From positions 1 through 43,312 of the IMG/VR virus record IMGVR_UViG_2565956616_000006: a stretch of DNA of 43,312 nt, one strand, 5' to 3'. The stretch's first letter is position 1. Every line of letters begins with the position of its first letter. Positions 1 through 11,446 of the stretch are shown here, in pieces. Under the pieces are notes generated by a model. The model searched no databases. It was not told the DNA's origin and saw nothing but the letters and a program-made list of their open reading frames with translations. The translations under genes and the position numbers were made by a program. The DNA comes from a virus (lineage: Duplodnaviria; Heunggongvirae; Uroviricota; Caudoviricetes).

Positions 1-30
1 GAGCCAGAGCCAGAGCCAGAGCCAGAGCCA
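1..30 (+). repeat. (GAGCCA)x5 perfect hexanucleotide tandem repeat, coding (Glu-Pro)5
   Basis: Read directly. Frame 1 gives [10 protein letters not shown], continuing [23 protein letters not shown] and then TGA at 100-102. Confidence 0.9.
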
Positions 31-102
31 GAAGAAAAACAGCGTAAAAAGCCTGGTCGAAAACCTAAGGCGGCAGCAGATGAACCTGACAACGAAGGGT
101 GA
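1..102 (+). CDS. 3' end of an upstream phage late gene (partial, cut by the window edge) with an EP repeat and a basic tail
   Basis: Frame 1 is open from the window edge to TGA at 100-102 and overlaps the gene 4 start. The product cannot be identified from 33 codons. Confidence 0.4.
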   Translation, partial: EPEPEPEPEPEEKQRKKPGRKPKAAADEPDNEG

Positions 103-580
103 TTTAGTTCTTGCGGCATTACGTAAGCTCGGTGTGGCATCAAATGCCACGTTAACCGATGTCGAACCGCAGTCTATGGAAGACGGCGTCAACGACCTTG
201 AAATGATGATGGCTGAATGGCTTGGCGGTGATGTGTCACCTGGCATCAACGTTGGCTACATTTTCGCTGATGCAGATGTCGCTCCAGATCCGGGCGATGA
301 GCACGGTTTATCAAATAACGCTATCAATGCCGTCATTTTCAACCTTGCCTGCCGCATTGCTCCGGATTATGCGCTGGAAGCGTCTGCAAAACTTATAACC
401 ACTGCCAGATACGGGAAAGAGCGACTCGTCAAACTGTCTGCAATGGACAGAGCAAAAGCCGCTAAATGTAAGTCCGGTTATCCAAACCGTATGCCTGTTG
501 GTAGCGGTAACCAGTTGGCGAAGTGGAATGGTTGGAATTACTTCCACCGAAAGGAACCTTGCGATAACGGGAGCGAATAA
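80..580 (+). CDS. gp4: P22 gp4-like head-completion (portal-proximal tail adaptor) protein, 166 aa
   Basis: Same length as P22 gp4. Recognisable motifs: [40 protein letters not shown]. First gene of the collinear 4-10-26-14-7-20-16 block. Confidence 0.85.
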   Translation: MNLTTKGDLVLAALRKLGVASNATLTDVEPQSMEDGVNDLEMMMAEWLGGDVSPGINVGYIFADADVAPDPGDEHGLSNNAINAVIFNLACRIAPDYALEASAKLITTARYGKERLVKLSAMDRAKAAKCKSGYPNRMPVGSGNQLAKWNGWNYFHRKEPCDNGSE

Positions 581-1998
581 TGCCGATTCAGCAACTTCCG
601 CTTATGAAAGGTGTAGGCAAAGACTTCCGAAACGCCGACTATATCGACTATCTGCCAGTGAATATGCTGGCTACACCCAAAGAAATCCTGAACAGCAGCG
701 GATATCTTCGCTCATTCCCGGGAATTGCCAAACGTTCTGATGTGAACGGTGTATCGCGCGGCGTCGAGTACAACATGGCGCAGAATGCTGTTTATCGCGT
801 GTGTGGCGGCAAGCTGTACAAAGGAGAAAGTGAAGTCGGTGATGTTGCCGGAAGTGGTCGCGTATCAATGGCGCATGGTCGGACATCGCAGGCGGTAGGC
901 GTTAATGGTCAACTTTTCGAGTATCGCTATGATGGCACGGTTAAAACCGTCTCAAACTGGCCTACAGACAGCGGATTCACACAGTACGAGTTAGGTTCAG
1001 TTCGCGACATTACGCGCTTACGTGGGCGTTATGCGTGGTCAAAAGACGGAACTGATTCATGGTTTATCACTGACCTTGAAGACGAATCGCACCCTGACCG
1101 ATACAGCGCACAATATCGCGCAGAATCGCAGCCAGACGGCATCATCGGCATAGGTACATGGCGAGATTTCATCGTCTGCTTTGGTTCATCGACGATTGAA
1201 TATTTCTCCCTGACTGGTGCAACCACCGTTGGTGCTGCTTTGTATGTCGCACAGCCATCACTGATGGTGCAGAAAGGCATTGCCGGGACTTACTGCAAAA
1301 CGCCGTTTGCTGATTCCTATGCGTTTATCAGCAATCCGGCAACGGGTGCGCCGTCTGTATACATTATCGGCTCCGGTCAGGTATCACCAATCGCCAGCGC
1401 GAGCATTGAGAAAATCCTCCGCTCTTACACTGCTGATGAACTGGCTGATGGCGTGATGGAATCTCTGCGATTTGATGCGCATGAGCTTCTGATTATCCAT
1501 CTTCCGCGCCATGTTCTGGTGTACGACGCATCTTCAAGCGCCAATGGTCCGCAATGGTGTGTGTTGAAAACTGGCTTGTATGACGATGTGTACCGCGCTA
1601 TCGACTTCATTTACGAAGGCAATCAGATAACGTGCGGCGATAAGCTGGAATCTGTTACCGGGAAACTGCAATTCGACATCAGCAGCCAGTACGACAAGCA
1701 ACAGGAACACCTGCTGTTTACTCCGTTGTTCAAAGCGGATAACGCCAGAGTTTTCGACCTTGAAGTTGAATCGTCAACTGGCGTTGCGCAGTACGCCGAC
1801 CGCCTTTTTCTCTCTGCAACCACTGACGGCATCAATTACGGACGTGAGCAGATGATTGAGCAGAATGAACCGTTCGTTTACGACAAACGCGTTTTGTGGA
1901 AGCGAGTTGGGCGCATCAGGAAAAATGTCGGCTTCAAATTGCGTGTTATCACTAAGTCACCTGTCACTCTGTCAGGCTGCCAGACAAGGATCGAGTAA
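580..1998 (+). CDS. gp10: P22 gp10-like head-completion/tail hub protein, 472 aa
   Basis: Near-collinear match by eye to remembered P22 gp10 ([46 protein letters not shown] through to the C-terminus). Identical length. TAATG start overlap with gene 4. Confidence 0.9.
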   Translation: MPIQQLPLMKGVGKDFRNADYIDYLPVNMLATPKEILNSSGYLRSFPGIAKRSDVNGVSRGVEYNMAQNAVYRVCGGKLYKGESEVGDVAGSGRVSMAHGRTSQAVGVNGQLFEYRYDGTVKTVSNWPTDSGFTQYELGSVRDITRLRGRYAWSKDGTDSWFITDLEDESHPDRYSAQYRAESQPDGIIGIGTWRDFIVCFGSSTIEYFSLTGATTVGAALYVAQPSLMVQKGIAGTYCKTPFADSYAFISNPATGAPSVYIIGSGQVSPIASASIEKILRSYTADELADGVMESLRFDAHELLIIHLPRHVLVYDASSSANGPQWCVLKTGLYDDVYRAIDFIYEGNQITCGDKLESVTGKLQFDISSQYDKQQEHLLFTPLFKADNARVFDLEVESSTGVAQYADRLFLSATTDGINYGREQMIEQNEPFVYDKRVLWKRVGRIRKNVGFKLRVITKSPVTLSGCQTRIE

Positions 1999-2699
1999 TG
2001 GCTGATTCGAATCTCAATGAGCCGGTAATCATTCAGGCTACACGACTCGATACATCAATCCTTCCACGCAATATATTCAGCCAGTCTTACCTGCTGTATG
2101 TCATAAATCAGGGAGCTGATGTCGGCGCAATTGCCGGGAAAGCAAATCAGGCTGGTCAGGGCGCTTACGATGCTCAGGTGAAAAACGATGAACAGGACGT
2201 CGAACTGGCTGATCACGATGCAAGAATCACCGCAAACACAAAAGCGATAAATCTACTTGAGGTCAGGTTAACAACTGCCGAAGGGAAGATAGTCGTACTG
2301 CGTAGCGATGTTGATTACTTGCTGGATGAGGTTATCGATATTCAGGCGCATCTGGTCACTGTTGACCAAAGACTGGATGGCGTAGAAAGCGATGTATCTG
2401 ACATTAAGAGTGATTACGTATCGAAAACTGTAACCGAATCGCAGTCTCTTGCGTCACCGCTGGATGTAAAAACATCATATTCAGTTGATGGAATTCAGGT
2501 CGTTGGAGCAAGGCAGACCGGATGGACTGCAGCCACAGGTACGCCACTTCTTGGCTCATTCAACGCTAACCAGTCATACACGGTCGGCACTACGTACACA
2601 CAATCCGAAGTCGCGGCTCTCGCTACAGGTTTGCAGCAGGCGCGGCAGCGTATTCTGGCGCTTGAAACGGCACTTAGATTACATGGGCTGATTGACTGA
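1998..2699 (+). CDS. gp26: P22 gp26-like tail needle (trimeric coiled-coil plug), 233 aa
   Basis: N-terminus ([59 protein letters not shown]) and C-terminus (LR.HGLID) match remembered P22 gp26. Same length, with a heptad-rich middle. Confidence 0.9.
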   Translation: MADSNLNEPVIIQATRLDTSILPRNIFSQSYLLYVINQGADVGAIAGKANQAGQGAYDAQVKNDEQDVELADHDARITANTKAINLLEVRLTTAEGKIVVLRSDVDYLLDEVIDIQAHLVTVDQRLDGVESDVSDIKSDYVSKTVTESQSLASPLDVKTSYSVDGIQVVGARQTGWTAATGTPLLGSFNANQSYTVGTTYTQSEVAALATGLQQARQRILALETALRLHGLID

Positions 2700-3154
2700 T
2701 GATTACATTCAAACCAACGCGAAACATCGACCTGATCGAAGCAGTCGGAAATCACCCTGACATTATCGCTGGTAGCAACAACGGTGATGGATACGACTAC
2801 AAACCTGAATGCCGTTACTTTGAGGTGAACGTGCACGGGCAGTTCGGCGGCATTGTTTACTATCAGGAGATTCAGCCGCTGACATTCGATTGCCACGCCA
2901 TGTACCTGCCAGAGGTTCGTGGATTCAGCAAGGAAATCGGGCTGGCGTTCTGGCGATACATTCTGACTAACACCACCGTTCAGTGCGTCACATCGTTCGC
3001 CGCGCGCAAATTCCGCCACGGTCAGATGTACTGCGCAATGATTGGCCTTAAGCGTGTAGGAACCATCAAGAAATACTTCAAAGGCGTGGATGACGTGACG
3101 TTTTACAGCGCCACACGCGAAGAACTAATCGACTTCCTGAATCACGGGAGATAG
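2699..3154 (+). CDS. gp14: P22 gp14-like protein (ejection-protein assembly factor), 151 aa
   Basis: Sits between gene 26 and gene 7 exactly as in P22. TGATG coupling to gene 26. Confidence 0.7.
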   Translation: MITFKPTRNIDLIEAVGNHPDIIAGSNNGDGYDYKPECRYFEVNVHGQFGGIVYYQEIQPLTFDCHAMYLPEVRGFSKEIGLAFWRYILTNTTVQCVTSFAARKFRHGQMYCAMIGLKRVGTIKKYFKGVDDVTFYSATREELIDFLNHGR

Positions 3155-3156
3155 CC

Positions 3157-3852
3157 ATGTTATATGCATTTAAGCTGGGCAGAAAACTGCGCGGCGAGGA
3201 ACCTTATTGCCCTGAAAAAGGCGGGAAAGGTGGCAGCTCTGATAAAAGCGCAAAGTATGCAGCAGAAGCTCAGAAGTATGCCGCAGACCTGCAAAATCAG
3301 CAGTTCAACACCATCATGAACAACCTGAAACCGTTTACTCCTCTGGCTGAGAAGTATGTCGGCAGCCTCGAGAACTTATCGTCTCTGGAGGGGCAAGGTC
3401 AGGCGCTTAACCAGTATTACAACTCTCAGCAGTACAAAGACCTTGCAAGTCAGGCGCGCTATCAGAGTCTGGCGGCAGCGGAAGCAACAGGTGGATTAGG
3501 TTCCACCGCAACCAGTAATCAGTTAGCAACAATCGCACCAACGCTTGGTCAGCAATGGCTATCTGGTCAGATGAACAACTACCAGAATCTGGCAAATATT
3601 GGTCTTGGCGCACTGCAAGGTCAGGCAAACGCCGGGCAAACATATGCCAACAACATGAGTCAGATTTCGCAGCAAAGTGCGGCTCTTGCAGCGGCAAATG
3701 CCAACAGACCATCAGCAATGCAATCTGCTATTGGCGGAGGTGCGTCTGGTGCTATTGCTGGGGCTGGACTTGCGAAATTAATTGGTTCATCAACTCCGTG
3801 GGGTGCTGGTATCGGTGCTGGTATCGGTCTGCTTGGTTCACTGCTTTATTAA
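3157..3852 (+). CDS. gp7: P22 gp7-like ejection (E) protein, 231 aa
   Basis: MLYAF.LGRKLRGEEP..PEKGGKGGSSDKSAKYAAEA, AEATGGLGSTATSNQL and a Gly/Ala-rich hydrophobic C-terminus, as in P22 gp7. Confidence 0.85.
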   Translation: MLYAFKLGRKLRGEEPYCPEKGGKGGSSDKSAKYAAEAQKYAADLQNQQFNTIMNNLKPFTPLAEKYVGSLENLSSLEGQGQALNQYYNSQQYKDLASQARYQSLAAAEATGGLGSTATSNQLATIAPTLGQQWLSGQMNNYQNLANIGLGALQGQANAGQTYANNMSQISQQSAALAAANANRPSAMQSAIGGGASGAIAGAGLAKLIGSSTPWGAGIGAGIGLLGSLLY

Positions 3853-3862
3853 GGGGTAATCA

Positions 3863-5278
3863 ATGGCTACGTGGCAACAGGGTATTAATTCTGGTAGTTT
3901 TCTGGCTGGCATCGGTACGCAAAATGAGAATGCGCCAAAGGCAAGCGACATTAACGCAACGCTTGGTCTGATCCGCGAAAACAATGAACTGGCTCGCTCA
4001 GGTGCAAATAACGTTGGCCTGACCGCGTTACGTGGTCTGGCTGGAGTTGCTGATATTTACAATCAGGAACAGCAACAGAAAGCTATTAGTGCGTTCAATA
4101 AGGTTCACGCTGATGCATGGGCTTCTGGTGATCCATCGGGACTATTTAAGTTTGCCCAGGAAAATCCAGCGTTTGTTGCACAGGCACAACAGGCGTTTTC
4201 TGGTCTTAATGATCAGCAACGCAACGATATGGGCGATTTAGCCATGATGGCTAACGTCGCTCTTTCTCAGGGGCCGGAAGCCTACAGTAAATTCATTACT
4301 GACAACAAGGACAGGTTAAATCGCGTTGGTGCTAATGCTGACTGGATGATTCAGACAGGTATCCAGAATCCAGAGCAGTTATCACACATGCTGACTACTA
4401 TGTCTCTCGGTGCACTTGGGCCAGAAAAGGCGTTTGCTGTTCAGGACAAGATGGCTGGTCGTGAAATTGACAGAGGCAGGCTGGCAGAGACAATCCGCAG
4501 CAATCAGGCTGGTGAAGCACTTCAGGCGAGAGGGCAAAACCTTTCCTATCAATCAGCAATGACTGGGCACAATATCGCAGCACAACGCTTGGCTCTGGAT
4601 CAGCAAGAGTTCGGGTTTAAAATGCAGCAAGCGCAGGAAAAGGCTCAGCAGTTGATTAGCGAAGCACCTAAGCTGTCAGTAAACATGGAAAAAGGCATCG
4701 AGACGGCTGTAAACAATGCTACAGCATCATCAAACTCAGCCAATTCTATGAGTGCGCTTGCTCAACAGTTCAGAGCAGAAAAACCAACGACAGGTTTGTT
4801 CGGTAACGCACAGAACATGTTCGCAAAACTTACCGGAAGCGATACAACATTGCGTGATTTGCGCATTCGCCAAAATGCCCTTGTTAACAGTCAGGTTCTT
4901 AAATTCCTACCTCCCGGCCCAGCAACGGATAAAGACGTTGAGATCGTTCGACAGGGTGCTCCAACTGACATGGATAACCCTGAGACGGTCGCAAGATGGC
5001 TTGATGCAATGGCAAACCTTGAGCGACGAAACGCGCAGTTTAATGAGTTTAAAGCCGAGTGGATGAGCGCGAATGGCAACCCTGGACAATCGCGTAATGG
5101 CGGTCAGATATTGGGGTTGGATGTTAAAAAAGGTGAATCATTGGGGAGTGCCGTTAAGCGGTATATGTCAATGAATACTGACGCAGCGCCAGCACAAGAT
5201 TCGACACCTTCAGGAGAACCACGGAATCAGGTTGGATCATATACCTCAAAATCAGGCATTCAATTTACGGTGGAATGA
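3863..5278 (+). CDS. gp20: P22 gp20-like ejection (E) protein, 471 aa
   Basis: Same length and position as P22 gp20. MATWQQG start, Gln/Ala-rich. Confidence 0.8.
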   Translation: MATWQQGINSGSFLAGIGTQNENAPKASDINATLGLIRENNELARSGANNVGLTALRGLAGVADIYNQEQQQKAISAFNKVHADAWASGDPSGLFKFAQENPAFVAQAQQAFSGLNDQQRNDMGDLAMMANVALSQGPEAYSKFITDNKDRLNRVGANADWMIQTGIQNPEQLSHMLTTMSLGALGPEKAFAVQDKMAGREIDRGRLAETIRSNQAGEALQARGQNLSYQSAMTGHNIAAQRLALDQQEFGFKMQQAQEKAQQLISEAPKLSVNMEKGIETAVNNATASSNSANSMSALAQQFRAEKPTTGLFGNAQNMFAKLTGSDTTLRDLRIRQNALVNSQVLKFLPPGPATDKDVEIVRQGAPTDMDNPETVARWLDAMANLERRNAQFNEFKAEWMSANGNPGQSRNGGQILGLDVKKGESLGSAVKRYMSMNTDAAPAQDSTPSGEPRNQVGSYTSKSGIQFTVE

Positions 5279-7116
5279 TGAAAGTAACTGCAAACGGTAA
5301 GACATTTACCTTTCCTGATGGTACGAGCACCGAAGATATTGGCACCGCCATTGATGAGTATTTTGCTGGTCAGGCTGTTCAGCAACAAACAGTTAATCAG
5401 GCCAATAATGCACCAACACGGGAAGAACCATCATTGATGCAACAAGCTGGCGATTGGCTCACTGGTGGTCAAAGTGCAGGGCAAATTGCAGAACAGGCTG
5501 GTCGTGGTCTGGTAAACATACCATTTGACGTATTGCAGGGCGGCGCAAGTCTGATTAATGCAATCAGCCAGGGGCTTGGTGGGCCAAAAGTATTGGATGA
5601 TGTTTATCGTCCAGTAGACAAACCGACAGACCCATACGCACAAGCCGGTGAAACAATTGGTGGGTATTTAGTTCCAGGAGTTGGAACGGCAGGAAGCATG
5701 GCTATTGGATCGCTGGCAGAGGCCGCAAATCAGAAAGGTGATTTCGCACAAAATGCAGCTAAAAATGCCGGAGTTAACCTTGCCGCTCAGGGTGTTCTTT
5801 CCGCAGCAGCAAAGGGAATAGGGCGTGGAATAACGGCTATAAAAGGTGATATTGCGCCAGAAGTGGCGAAGAAAATTGCCACATCAGAATCGATGGGCGT
5901 GACACCAATGACATCTGATGTTATCCCGCCGAAAAATGCTTTCACTCGCGGACTTACTCAGGATGCTGAGGGGGCTTTGCTCGGGACAGGCTCAAAGCGA
6001 GCGGAGCAATATGCAACGCGTAGTAAGCTGGTAAGCAATTATTTTGACCGTTTTGGTGAGTACAACCCTGATGATGTGGTGAAATCTCTGACCACCACGT
6101 TAAGGGGACGGAAGGATGCCGCTGGCGCTGTTATCAATGACGTCACCAATAAAATGGGTAATGCCGCAGTTGATACCACAAATACCATGAATGCTCTGAA
6201 TACAGCGATCGCAAGACAGGAACGGCTTGGGACGTCTGCCAATCAAAGCCTGCTTACATCCTTGCGTAACCTACGTGAAGAATTAGCAAACCCTGCAACT
6301 GATTTGGATGTTACGTTTGATCTCTTGCGTCAGCACAGAACAGCATTTAGATCCAATGTTCAGGGAGATGCTATGGTCTTCCCCAACCAGGCAAAAGCAG
6401 CTACCAATATGGTAGAGAATGCAATGTCAAAAGACCTTCGTAACGCAGTTGCTAAAAACCTCGGTGCATCAGACGCAGCAAAATACCTTAAAGCAAATTC
6501 CGATTATGCAAACGTTTATAATAAGGTGCTTAATAAAAACATTGCCAACAAGCTCAACAAGGCAAGCAGTGAAGCCAGTCCTGAACTTATAAATACCGTT
6601 GTATTAAGCAGAAAACCATCTGACGTGAAACGAATCTGGAGCGCACTGGATGATAAGGGAAAAGATGCTATGCGTGCAGCTTACGTCAGCAAAATAGCGG
6701 AAAAGGCCGGGGACTCTCCAGCCAAGTTCATCACTGAAGTTAATAAGCTGAAATCTCAGTCAGGCGGTGAAATTTACAACACTATTTTTTCTGGAAAGCA
6801 CATGAAAGAGCTTGATGCTCTTCATGAAGTTCTACAGCAAACAGCAAGGTCAGACACCGCAAATGTAGTAACTCAGACGGGGCAATCGCAAGCCAACAGG
6901 ATAAGGACGATTGGCGCAACTGCGACCCTTGGCGTATCAATGGGGCTTGAGGCTGGTTTTGGTGCAATGATGCGCTTGTATGAGTCAAAAGCAGCAAGGA
7001 ATGCTCTCTTACGTTTGGCAAACACCAAAGCAGGAACACCAGCCTATGAAAGAGCGATAAATAACGCTGCGAATGCCATCAGACCGCTGTTTGCTACTGA
7101 GGCAACACAGCAGTAA
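5275..7116 (+). CDS. gp16: P22 gp16-like ejection (E) protein, 613 aa
   Basis: Position after gene 20 with ATGATG coupling. Size close to P22 gp16. C-terminal motif NALLRLANT...AY.RAI. Confidence 0.8.
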   Translation: MMKVTANGKTFTFPDGTSTEDIGTAIDEYFAGQAVQQQTVNQANNAPTREEPSLMQQAGDWLTGGQSAGQIAEQAGRGLVNIPFDVLQGGASLINAISQGLGGPKVLDDVYRPVDKPTDPYAQAGETIGGYLVPGVGTAGSMAIGSLAEAANQKGDFAQNAAKNAGVNLAAQGVLSAAAKGIGRGITAIKGDIAPEVAKKIATSESMGVTPMTSDVIPPKNAFTRGLTQDAEGALLGTGSKRAEQYATRSKLVSNYFDRFGEYNPDDVVKSLTTTLRGRKDAAGAVINDVTNKMGNAAVDTTNTMNALNTAIARQERLGTSANQSLLTSLRNLREELANPATDLDVTFDLLRQHRTAFRSNVQGDAMVFPNQAKAATNMVENAMSKDLRNAVAKNLGASDAAKYLKANSDYANVYNKVLNKNIANKLNKASSEASPELINTVVLSRKPSDVKRIWSALDDKGKDAMRAAYVSKIAEKAGDSPAKFITEVNKLKSQSGGEIYNTIFSGKHMKELDALHEVLQQTARSDTANVVTQTGQSQANRIRTIGATATLGVSMGLEAGFGAMMRLYESKAARNALLRLANTKAGTPAYERAINNAANAIRPLFATEATQQ

Positions 7117-7140
7117 CGTATGGGAAATTGGATTCAATCG

Positions 7141-7530
7141 CTAACATTTTCTTTTTACTTTTCCAACAAAAGCTTTGGTTGAATCCATATTTCCATAACC
7201 GGAAATGGTTTTTGACATTAAAACTGTTCCAGTAGGATGTATTACCCATGAGTCGATAACGCGTTGAGTTTCGCCATTCGCGCCGATTCCTATGATGGAG
7301 TTTTTAGACAATGCTTTGTAAGCCATGCCGCCCGCATCTGTCCCAGAATATGTGATGCTGGCATCTTCACCGTTTGTCTTAATGATGAATGTTCCACTAA
7401 AACCATCTTCTTCCGGATGGAAATTATTTCGTTCTGAATAGCTTATTCCGCGCATATCTCCAACGACCCAGCACTCTGCTGTAGCCCCAAAAGATATGAA
7501 TAAGAACATAGCAGTAAGAAATTGCTTCAC
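7141..7530 (-). CDS. Small exported protein of unknown function (moron), 129 aa
   Basis: GTG start preceded by AAGGAGG. Signal-peptide-like N-terminus MKQFLTAMFLFISFGATA/E. Opposite strand to the late operon, in the slot where P22 carries sieA. Confidence 0.6.
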   Translation of the reverse strand: MKQFLTAMFLFISFGATAECWVVGDMRGISYSERNNFHPEEDGFSGTFIIKTNGEDASITYSGTDAGGMAYKALSKNSIIGIGANGETQRVIDSWVIHPTGTVLMSKTISGYGNMDSTKAFVGKVKRKC

Positions 7531-7647
7531 GCCAACCTCCTTAGTTTTGAGCAGGATACCATGAAAAAAGTAAACATCTTTTGCCTACTTCACATTTGAA
7601 TGGTTTGTCATTAGGATGTTTCCGGTTTTTTAAATATGGAAATTGAT

Positions 7648-8067
7648 ATGAAGAGGATTATTGGCGTCGTTGCTGGCGCTATATTGTTATCTGGGTGCGC
7701 AACTATTGTTGGTGACGAAACGCAGCTTGTGCAAGTGAACAGCAATCCTTCCGGTGCGAGCTTTAAGGTAAAAGACGAATCAGGCGTGATTGTTGCGCAA
7801 GGCAAGACCCCGCAAGGAGTAACTCTTGCCAAGTCAGATGGTAGTTATTTTGGCAAAAAGAGCTACCAGCTCACTATGGAAAAGGATGGGTACGAACCAG
7901 TCACCCTGCCAATCAAAGCCAATGCTAATGGTTGGTATATTGGTGGAAACCTTGTGTTTGGTGGGTTAATTGGTTGGCTTGCTGTAGATCCTTTTAATGG
8001 TGGGATGTATACCTTGAAGCCAAAAGAGGCAAACGCATCTCTTATACCATCAACAAAGCAAGACTAA
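7648..8067 (+). CDS. Lipoprotein with a PEGA-like domain, ~139 aa (the ORF track starts at 7636)
   Basis: MKRIIGVVAGAILLSG/C lipobox. NPSGASFKV...G.TP..V.L...Y.L...KDGYEPV resembles the PEGA fold pattern. Followed by a strong terminator. Confidence 0.7.
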   Translation: MKRIIGVVAGAILLSGCATIVGDETQLVQVNSNPSGASFKVKDESGVIVAQGKTPQGVTLAKSDGSYFGKKSYQLTMEKDGYEPVTLPIKANANGWYIGGNLVFGGLIGWLAVDPFNGGMYTLKPKEANASLIPSTKQD

Positions 8068-8075
8068 TAAATAGG

Positions 8076-8098
8076 ACCCACCTTCAGGTGGGTTTTTT
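8076..8098. terminator. Bidirectional rho-independent terminator between the lipoprotein gene and mnt
   Basis: ACCCACC-TTCA-GGTGGGT stem-loop followed by TTTTTT. The mnt stop codon lies within it on the other strand. Confidence 0.8.
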
Positions 8099-8335
8099 GT
8101 ACAAATCCTTCAGCGTATCAAACACCATCTTCTTAACAAGCTCTGACTGCTCATCAGCGAGTCGTTCTGCATCGTCGCGATATCCAGTCACAGGCGATGG
8201 TTTTGATAGAGCATCTTGGACGATTTGTAACAACTCGGAGTTCATTGATCTCCCATTCGCCTCCGCCCTGAATTTTAATTTCTCCCTTACTTCCATAGGC
8301 ATACGGAAGTTAAAGTGCGGATCATCTCTAGCCAT
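8084..8335 (-). CDS. mnt: Mnt repressor (RHH), 83 aa
   Basis: MARDDPHFNFRMPMEVREKLKFRAEANGRSMNSELLQIVQDAL... is essentially the P22 Mnt sequence. Confidence 0.95.
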   Translation of the reverse strand: MARDDPHFNFRMPMEVREKLKFRAEANGRSMNSELLQIVQDALSKPSPVTGYRDDAERLADEQSELVKKMVFDTLKDLYKKPT

Positions 8336-8357
8336 GCCATCACTCCAAGTTAGTGTA

Positions 8358-8409
8358 TTGACATGATAGAAGCACTCTACTATATTCTCAATAGGTCCAC
8401 GGTGGACCT
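8358..8409. promoter_or_regulatory. immI control region: Pant (-35 TTGACA 8358-8363, -10 TATATT 8381-8386), Arc operator (8363-8383), Mnt operator (8393-8409)
   Basis: ATGATAGAAGCACTCTACTAT is the classical 21-bp Arc operator. AGGTCCACGGTGGACCT is the 17-bp symmetric Mnt operator. The 17-bp promoter spacer was read directly. Confidence 0.9.
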
Positions 8410-8425
8410 ATATTGTGAGGTGAAT

Positions 8426-8587
8426 ATGAAAGGAATGAGCAAGATGCCGCAGTTCAATTTGCGGTGGCCTAAAGAAGTATTGGATTTGGTACGCAAGGTG
8501 GCGGAAGAGAATGGTCGGTCTGTTAACTCTGAGATTTATCAGAGAGTAATGGAAAGCTTTAAGAAGGAAGGGCGCATTGGCGCGTAA
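8426..8587 (+). CDS. arc: Arc repressor (RHH), 53 aa
   Basis: [52 protein letters not shown] matches P22 Arc. The ORF-track start at 8363 is an upstream in-frame artefact running through the operators. Confidence 0.95.
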   Translation: MKGMSKMPQFNLRWPKEVLDLVRKVAEENGRSVNSEIYQRVMESFKKEGRIGA

Positions 8588-8589
8588 AG

Positions 8590-8658
8590 TTGAAGCCCCA
8601 ACTGCGGGAACAGTCAGGGCTTCGGTATCAACAAATCGGATTAGGAAATATTGACATG
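8590..8658 (-). ncRNA. sar: Candidate sar antisense RNA (covers the arc-ant intercistronic region and ant RBS)
   Basis: A 68-bp arc-ant spacer, as in P22. On the minus strand a TATACT -10 lies just inside ant, and a GAAGCCC...GGGCTTC hairpin (8592-8624) sits at the distal end. Exact ends are not determinable by eye. Confidence 0.45.
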
Positions 8659-9534
8659 AAAAGTATAGCAAAGGCACAAAACGATTTCACCATCTTCAAA
8701 TTCGGCGACAGTGAAATCCGCGTCATCAACAAATGCGGTGAGCCGTGGTTTGTAGCAAAAGATGTTTGTGATGCTTTAACCCTGACTAACTCACGCAAGG
8801 CGCTTACTGCACTTGATGACGATGAAAAGGGAGTAACTTTAAGTTACACCCTTGGTGGTGAGCAGAATCTAAGCATTGTTAGCGAATCAGGTATGTATAC
8901 ATTGGTTCTGCGCTGCCGCGATGCTGTCAATAAAGGTTCGGTACCGCACAAATTCCGCAAGTGGGTAACAGCAGAAGTTCTACCTTCAATTCGCAAACAT
9001 GGCGAGTATGTGAAAGGCAAGAAAACCACTGTTGAGGAAAGAACGCCGCTACGCGATGCAGTAAACATGCTGGTAGGAAAGAAAGGACTTCGCTATGACG
9101 ATGCATACAATATGGTTCATCAGCGTTTTGGTATTGACAGCATTGATGAACTTTCAATTGAACAAATCCCGCTGGCCGTAGAGTACATCCACAGGGTAGT
9201 GCTTGAAGGCGAGTTTATCGGCAAGCAAGAGAAGAAAGCAAACGAGCTTTCTGCAAAAGAAGCAAACAGCCTTGTATGGCTATGGGATTATGCTAACCGT
9301 TCACAGGCATTATTCCGCGAACTGTATCCGGCATTAAAACAAATTCAATCGAACTATTCCGGAAGATGCTACGACTACGGTCATGAATTCTCGTATGTTA
9401 TCGGAATGGCGAGAGACGTTTTAATAAACCACACACGAGATGTTGATATTAATGAGCCAGACGGACCAATGAATCTTTCCGCATGGATGAGACTTAAGAA
9501 TAAAGAATTACCTCCTTCAGTACATAACTACTGA
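8656..9534 (+). CDS. ant: Antirepressor Ant, ~292 aa (the ORF-track start at 8590 is a TTG upstream extension)
   Basis: Position after arc. ATG at 8656 with AGGAAA 8 nt upstream. N-terminal BRO/Ant-type pattern (F.F....IRV......[11 protein letters not shown]...N). Terminator downstream. Confidence 0.85.
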   Translation: MKSIAKAQNDFTIFKFGDSEIRVINKCGEPWFVAKDVCDALTLTNSRKALTALDDDEKGVTLSYTLGGEQNLSIVSESGMYTLVLRCRDAVNKGSVPHKFRKWVTAEVLPSIRKHGEYVKGKKTTVEERTPLRDAVNMLVGKKGLRYDDAYNMVHQRFGIDSIDELSIEQIPLAVEYIHRVVLEGEFIGKQEKKANELSAKEANSLVWLWDYANRSQALFRELYPALKQIQSNYSGRCYDYGHEFSYVIGMARDVLINHTRDVDINEPDGPMNLSAWMRLKNKELPPSVHNY

Positions 9535-9552
9535 CAGATAACCAACGCAACG

Positions 9553-9577
9553 ACCCAGCCTCGGCTGGGTTTTTTTA
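9553..9577 (+). terminator. Rho-independent terminator after ant
   Basis: ACCCAGC-CTCG-GCTGGGT followed by a run of T. Confidence 0.8.
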
Positions 9578-9634
9578 TGCCCAAAATTCACCGTAGCCAT
9601 GCTGCGGCCATTCCTTGTATCTGGAGCAAATTAA

Positions 9635-11440
9635 ATGACAGATTCAATAAATGCCAATGTTGTAGTGAGCATGCCTTCTCAACTCTTCACTATGGCGCGT
9701 TCTTTTAAAGCGGTTGCCAATGGCAAAATTTATATCGGAAAAATTGACACTGACCCGGTAAATCCTGAAAACCAGATTCAGGTTTATGTGGAGAACGAAG
9801 ACGGCTCTCACGTTCCTGTTTCGCAACCAATCATTATTAACGCTGCCGGATATCCGGTATATAACGGACAGATTGCCAAGTTCGTAACTGTGCAAGGCCA
9901 TTCCATGGCTGTTTATGATGCATATGGTTCTCTGCAGTTCAATTTCCCGAATGTGCTGAAATATGATCCTGATCAGCTTCGCCAGGAAATAACATCGACT
10001 GGAGATGGAAAGGGGGCTGACATGATACCCCTAACACAAGGAGGAACAATTCAGAATGCTGTGTTCGCAGTAACACCTCAGGCTTATGGCGCAACATGCG
10101 ATGGTGTGGCTGATGACTCAGATGCTGTTGAAGAAATGATGGCAGCCTATCCAAATCATTTGATTATTACAATCCCACCTGGTTCAGTGCTTACAATTAA
10201 ACGAAAGCTCGTATATGGAGGTAGGCGCTTTGAGGTTCGTGGATATTCTGGAGATATGACTAATAAGGTTATAGGAGCAGAGTCAAGTCAATTATATTGT
10301 GACGTTCCTGGGGACTATGCTATTCAATGCGAAAATTCGGATGTTTTTTTATCTGATGTCATTGTAAAGGGAATCCCACAGTATGGAAACGGTACTATCG
10401 GTACGAATAAAGGAATATCGACATTAAATGGTAATATTAAAACAAACCGCACTTCTTGGCTTGGGTTTGACGTTCCATGTCAAGGTATCAATTCTTTTTA
10501 CGTAACATTTATAGATACAGATTGGCTTGCAATTAAAAATGGCCCAGATATACAGCGGGCATATAACATTAAGTTTATAGGCGGAAGATCTGTTGATTTT
10601 GATACATTTTTCAAAATGTCAGCCGCTGCTGGTAATGGTCCGATTAATTTTATTGCCATGGCGTTTGAACGGTGGACGAATTACGTTGTTGGTACTGATT
10701 CTGCTGCACTTATTCGACCGCAAAATATAGCGTTTAAATTTTGTTACTTTGAAAATATGGATGACCAATCTATTTATAACGGTCTTACTGGACGGGCAGG
10801 CGCTGCGACTCCAGGTGATGCATTTTATAAAAAGTATGCTTATGCCCGCATACTGGTCGGTACGCCAACGTCTTTCAGCATGGACGAAACTAACACTGTA
10901 TATGCTAAAGGGCTTGAAAACGGATGTATAGCAATTGATTCTTGGGGTATACGGGATCTTGTGTTCAAGCCTAAAATTGTTACTCCAGCAGACTCATGGA
11001 ATAGTAACCAGAGGCCATTAAGCATGGTTAGGGCAACCTATCTTGACCATGTCGATGTTTTTAATAATAACACCTCACCAGATGGTGACTTAGGGTTTCC
11101 ATTTATATCATCTGATAACTCTACACTGTTACCAACAATAAGATCAGGCGTTGGTGTATCCCATGGGAAAACAGTATTGTTTAATGGTTTCTACAATCAG
11201 ACTATAACATTCCAAGATGTTCCAGCAGGTGTCAATGTATATCAAGATATAACAACAACAGAAAAGTTAGACATGGTAAATGCAAGTGTTAAGATAACAT
11301 CAAGAAGTGCAGCTTCTGCTATTGCCACAACTCAATTGCAGGTGTTATCTTCAAATAAAATTCGCGTACACATAACAAATGGTCACAGTAACCCTGTAAC
11401 ATTTTCTGTGGCAATTGTAATTCCATATTTATTCAAATAA
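9635..11440 (+). CDS. gp9: Tailspike: conserved P22-type head-binding N-domain plus a divergent receptor-binding/depolymerase domain, 601 aa
   Basis: Residues 1-~117 (MTD...ANVVVS......F....[34 protein letters not shown]...[28 protein letters not shown]......NVLKYDPDQ) match P22 gp9. The remainder differs, with a beta-helix-like start A.TPQAYGA.CDGV.DDS.A. Confidence 0.9.
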   Translation: MTDSINANVVVSMPSQLFTMARSFKAVANGKIYIGKIDTDPVNPENQIQVYVENEDGSHVPVSQPIIINAAGYPVYNGQIAKFVTVQGHSMAVYDAYGSLQFNFPNVLKYDPDQLRQEITSTGDGKGADMIPLTQGGTIQNAVFAVTPQAYGATCDGVADDSDAVEEMMAAYPNHLIITIPPGSVLTIKRKLVYGGRRFEVRGYSGDMTNKVIGAESSQLYCDVPGDYAIQCENSDVFLSDVIVKGIPQYGNGTIGTNKGISTLNGNIKTNRTSWLGFDVPCQGINSFYVTFIDTDWLAIKNGPDIQRAYNIKFIGGRSVDFDTFFKMSAAAGNGPINFIAMAFERWTNYVVGTDSAALIRPQNIAFKFCYFENMDDQSIYNGLTGRAGAATPGDAFYKKYAYARILVGTPTSFSMDETNTVYAKGLENGCIAIDSWGIRDLVFKPKIVTPADSWNSNQRPLSMVRATYLDHVDVFNNNTSPDGDLGFPFISSDNSTLLPTIRSGVGVSHGKTVLFNGFYNQTITFQDVPAGVNVYQDITTTEKLDMVNASVKITSRSAASAIATTQLQVLSSNKIRVHITNGHSNPVTFSVAIVIPYLFK

Positions 11441-11446
11441 TCTAAA

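Noticed and set aside
2495-3019. Long antisense or out-of-frame ORFs inside well-supported genes
   Set aside because: Examples: 2495-3019 (-), 3555-3971 (+), 17252-17722 (-), 17583-17981 (-), 23118-23531 (-), 24961-25302 (-), 39693-40052 (-), 28992-29538 (+). All are shadow frames of genes with clear homology or operon logic. None has an SD, and their composition is unprotein-like.
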